A stretch of DNA of 64,000 bases from Fimicolochytrium jonesii. Lineage: Eukaryota. Shown one piece after another: positions 61,995 to 64,000 of this stretch. The first letter of the stretch is position 1. Each line of letters begins with the position of its first letter. The position numbers were made by a program, and so were the translations under genes. The DNA lies in the NCBI RefSeq assembly GCF_025526975.1, contig NW_026515678.1:682001-746000 (forward strand). Direction: 5' to 3'. The notes under the pieces are model-generated. The model was not told where the DNA came from, made no database searches, and saw nothing but the letters and a program-made list of their open reading frames with translations.

Positions 61995-63137
61995 CTATCG
62001 TGGTCTACGTTGCAGTAACGACTTGCTAAACTTTGACAAGAAGAAGAAGGCGACCAGGAAATGTATGCACACGGCTGACCCGGTTAGCAGTGCCAACTCG
62101 TCGCCGGTATCCTGGGAGAAGCCATAGGAAGTGAATGCAACGGTTAATTCATCACCCATTCGCAAGGGGCTTTCATGAATGCCAAGTGCGGCAAAGTGCG
62201 GCCTGACTTACCTCCAGAAACCCCAGGACTGGCATCATCTGCATCAAGAGAGCGGTCGTATCGAGGACGACCAATGCAGTTACAATCACTATCAGCTCGC
62301 GACCCAGTGCGTGGACATTCACCGGTTCTTGCAGCTCTTTGCTTTGGCCCGTCATTGCAGAGGTGGCGGACGCTGTTATCGAATCTCCGTGCTTGCTGAG
62401 TACGGGCTGATCGCTTGCCGTTGACCATTGAGGGAGATCGCGGTGAATCTGGCGGAAGGTATGCACCATGATTATGGTGAGGGACGCATCCACGACGATG
62501 ATGGCAAGCCAATGTATATACTGCATTTAACGAAAGGGGACGGAAGTGAAGGATGTCGTTAAAAGCCCCGCCCTCAAAGGAATGCGTCCCAAAGCTTAAA
62601 GATATCAAGACGTACCAAAAAGCTGCCGAACGCCCATCTTAGTGTCGGATGGTCGACCATGTACGGGACCCACAACAAGAAATGGCCCGTGTAACCCAGC
62701 ACTGAGATGCACATGGCCCAGATGCGCAATCCCGGGACAATCTTGGTGGACCATCCCAGCACGGGAATAAACATGTCGAAGCGCTCCACCAACGTCAAAA
62801 AGTAGAGTCCGCCTCCAAAGTCCGACCCGAAATTGGACGCCGCCGTCGTCCACCAGTAAGCGCTCCACACGCTGTCGAACGTCCACTGCTGACAGCGGAG
62901 GTCACGCACGCAGACGACACCGATCGCGGAGGCTACGACATTGAGGATTTGCCCTGTTATCGCGAAAACGACCGTCAGGAGTGACAGATAGCGAAAGGGA
63001 TGTCGAAGCCCTCCCCCGCTGGCGCCGCCCCACGCTTTGAGAGCCCAGACGAATCCGCCAACGCATAATATGATCGATATAACCGCCACGATGACGACAC
63101 ATATGAAGAAAGGGGACTTCCATGATGTCCCATCCAT
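61995..63137 (-). CDS. Seven-transmembrane (GPCR-like) protein, three exons
   Basis: Seven hydrophobic segments after splicing at GTACGT (~62614) and GTAAGT (62211) donors; last exon DTGDELALLTGSAVCIHFLVAFFFLSKFSKSLLQRRPR*. Confidence 0.7.
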
Positions 63138-64000
63138 ATTCGTGCCTCCAAACGATTGCGGTAAGATGAAATGTCTGCAGGCCAAACGCGGTCAAAAGAG
63201 GGGGATGCAAAAATGTAAGGGCAGGTGCAAAAAACTTCGGGGAATAAGGAAAAGGGACAGCAGGGATGCCGTGGCGTGTGTTCTTAAAGGACAGGATCAA
63301 CCCATTTTCGTCAGATGCAGACTTGAACCGCGGGCGCACCGCCGGCGCACGTATCCCAGGAATGACAATGCCTGGTCACCAGGAATAGGCCTGCCGAAGA
63401 ATGGGCCTCCGGTTAAGGTTCAGTTCCGCGACGAAGATTAAGGTTATTGGGCACGCGTTCACGGCGCCTTGACCAGAGAGGTATAAAAGAAACCTTGAAT
63501 ACTCCGGAAGACTTCAAAGATGGTGTGTACGGCCGGAAAAAGACCTTAAGCGTAGACTCTCGAATCAGAGCTTCAGATGGAAACGACGATCCTGTACCTG
63601 TAATGCTTTGCTCGCAAACGCCGGTCACAGGACAGATAGGGGCCGGGAAAACGCGATAACTCTTGAATAACATGCCGTTTCTATCTATAGCACCCGTCAT
63701 CGGGGCTCCAATATGGTAACCGGGAGGCCCCAAGCTATAGTAGAGTTCACGCCGTAACCAAATCCTTTATTCTCGGGCAGCGTGATGAGACCTACCTGTG
63801 GTCCTGTATAACATTGACACCCGATGCTGTCGCACCTGCGTAATAGCCGCAATTAAGCGGAGTACCGGTAGGGGAATGCTCTTCTTAAAGGGCCTACTCA
63901 TAGCGACATTTATGCAAACTTGGCGTTCGGCCGCCGGCGAATCGAATCTTCCTTAAGTGGTTGGCGTCCAAAGGCGGAACTTGAATGGAACCCTGGTTCT

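Noticed and set aside
14787..63137. Host genes as a functional cluster (ABC transporter, PhyH, NmrA, TF)
   Set aside because: Widely spaced, interleaved with housekeeping genes such as COG4 and TDG, and no backbone synthase

Overview
Eukaryotic, intron-containing DNA. The gene content and short GT-AG introns indicate a fungus; an early-diverging, chytrid-like lineage is an inference only. Bases 1 to ~13 kb are a nest of retroelements. (i) A fold-back Ty3/Gypsy (Tf1/sushi-like) structure: two ~99%-identical LTR-gag-protease arms point at each other (1-1767 and 2149-3986). It has a self-priming PBS and a -1 frameshift slippery site with a predicted pseudoknot. (ii) A 6.5-kb LTR element (4369-10857) has Ty1/Copia pol order and a half-tRNA-iMet PBS, but also a Ty3/Gypsy-type capsid, a chromodomain after the integrase, an intact antisense extra ORF and non-canonical LTR ends. 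This is the most unusual object in the window. (iii) A decayed Gypsy integrase and a possible tyrosine-recombinase relic follow. The rest is mostly host genes: a single-pass membrane protein, TDG/MUG glycosylase, an AT-hook/bromodomain chromatin protein, COG4, an ABCB/MDR transporter, a Cys-rich TM-SH3 protein, a PhyH dioxygenase, a BNR_4/PL42-like secreted protein, an LRR/LRRcap-like protein, a C2H2 transcription factor, a broken DUF6463-like gene with a duplicated 3' end, an NmrA-like reductase and a 7TM protein. No rRNA, tRNA or CRISPR array was recognised. All family calls come from motif recognition by eye, not from database searches.
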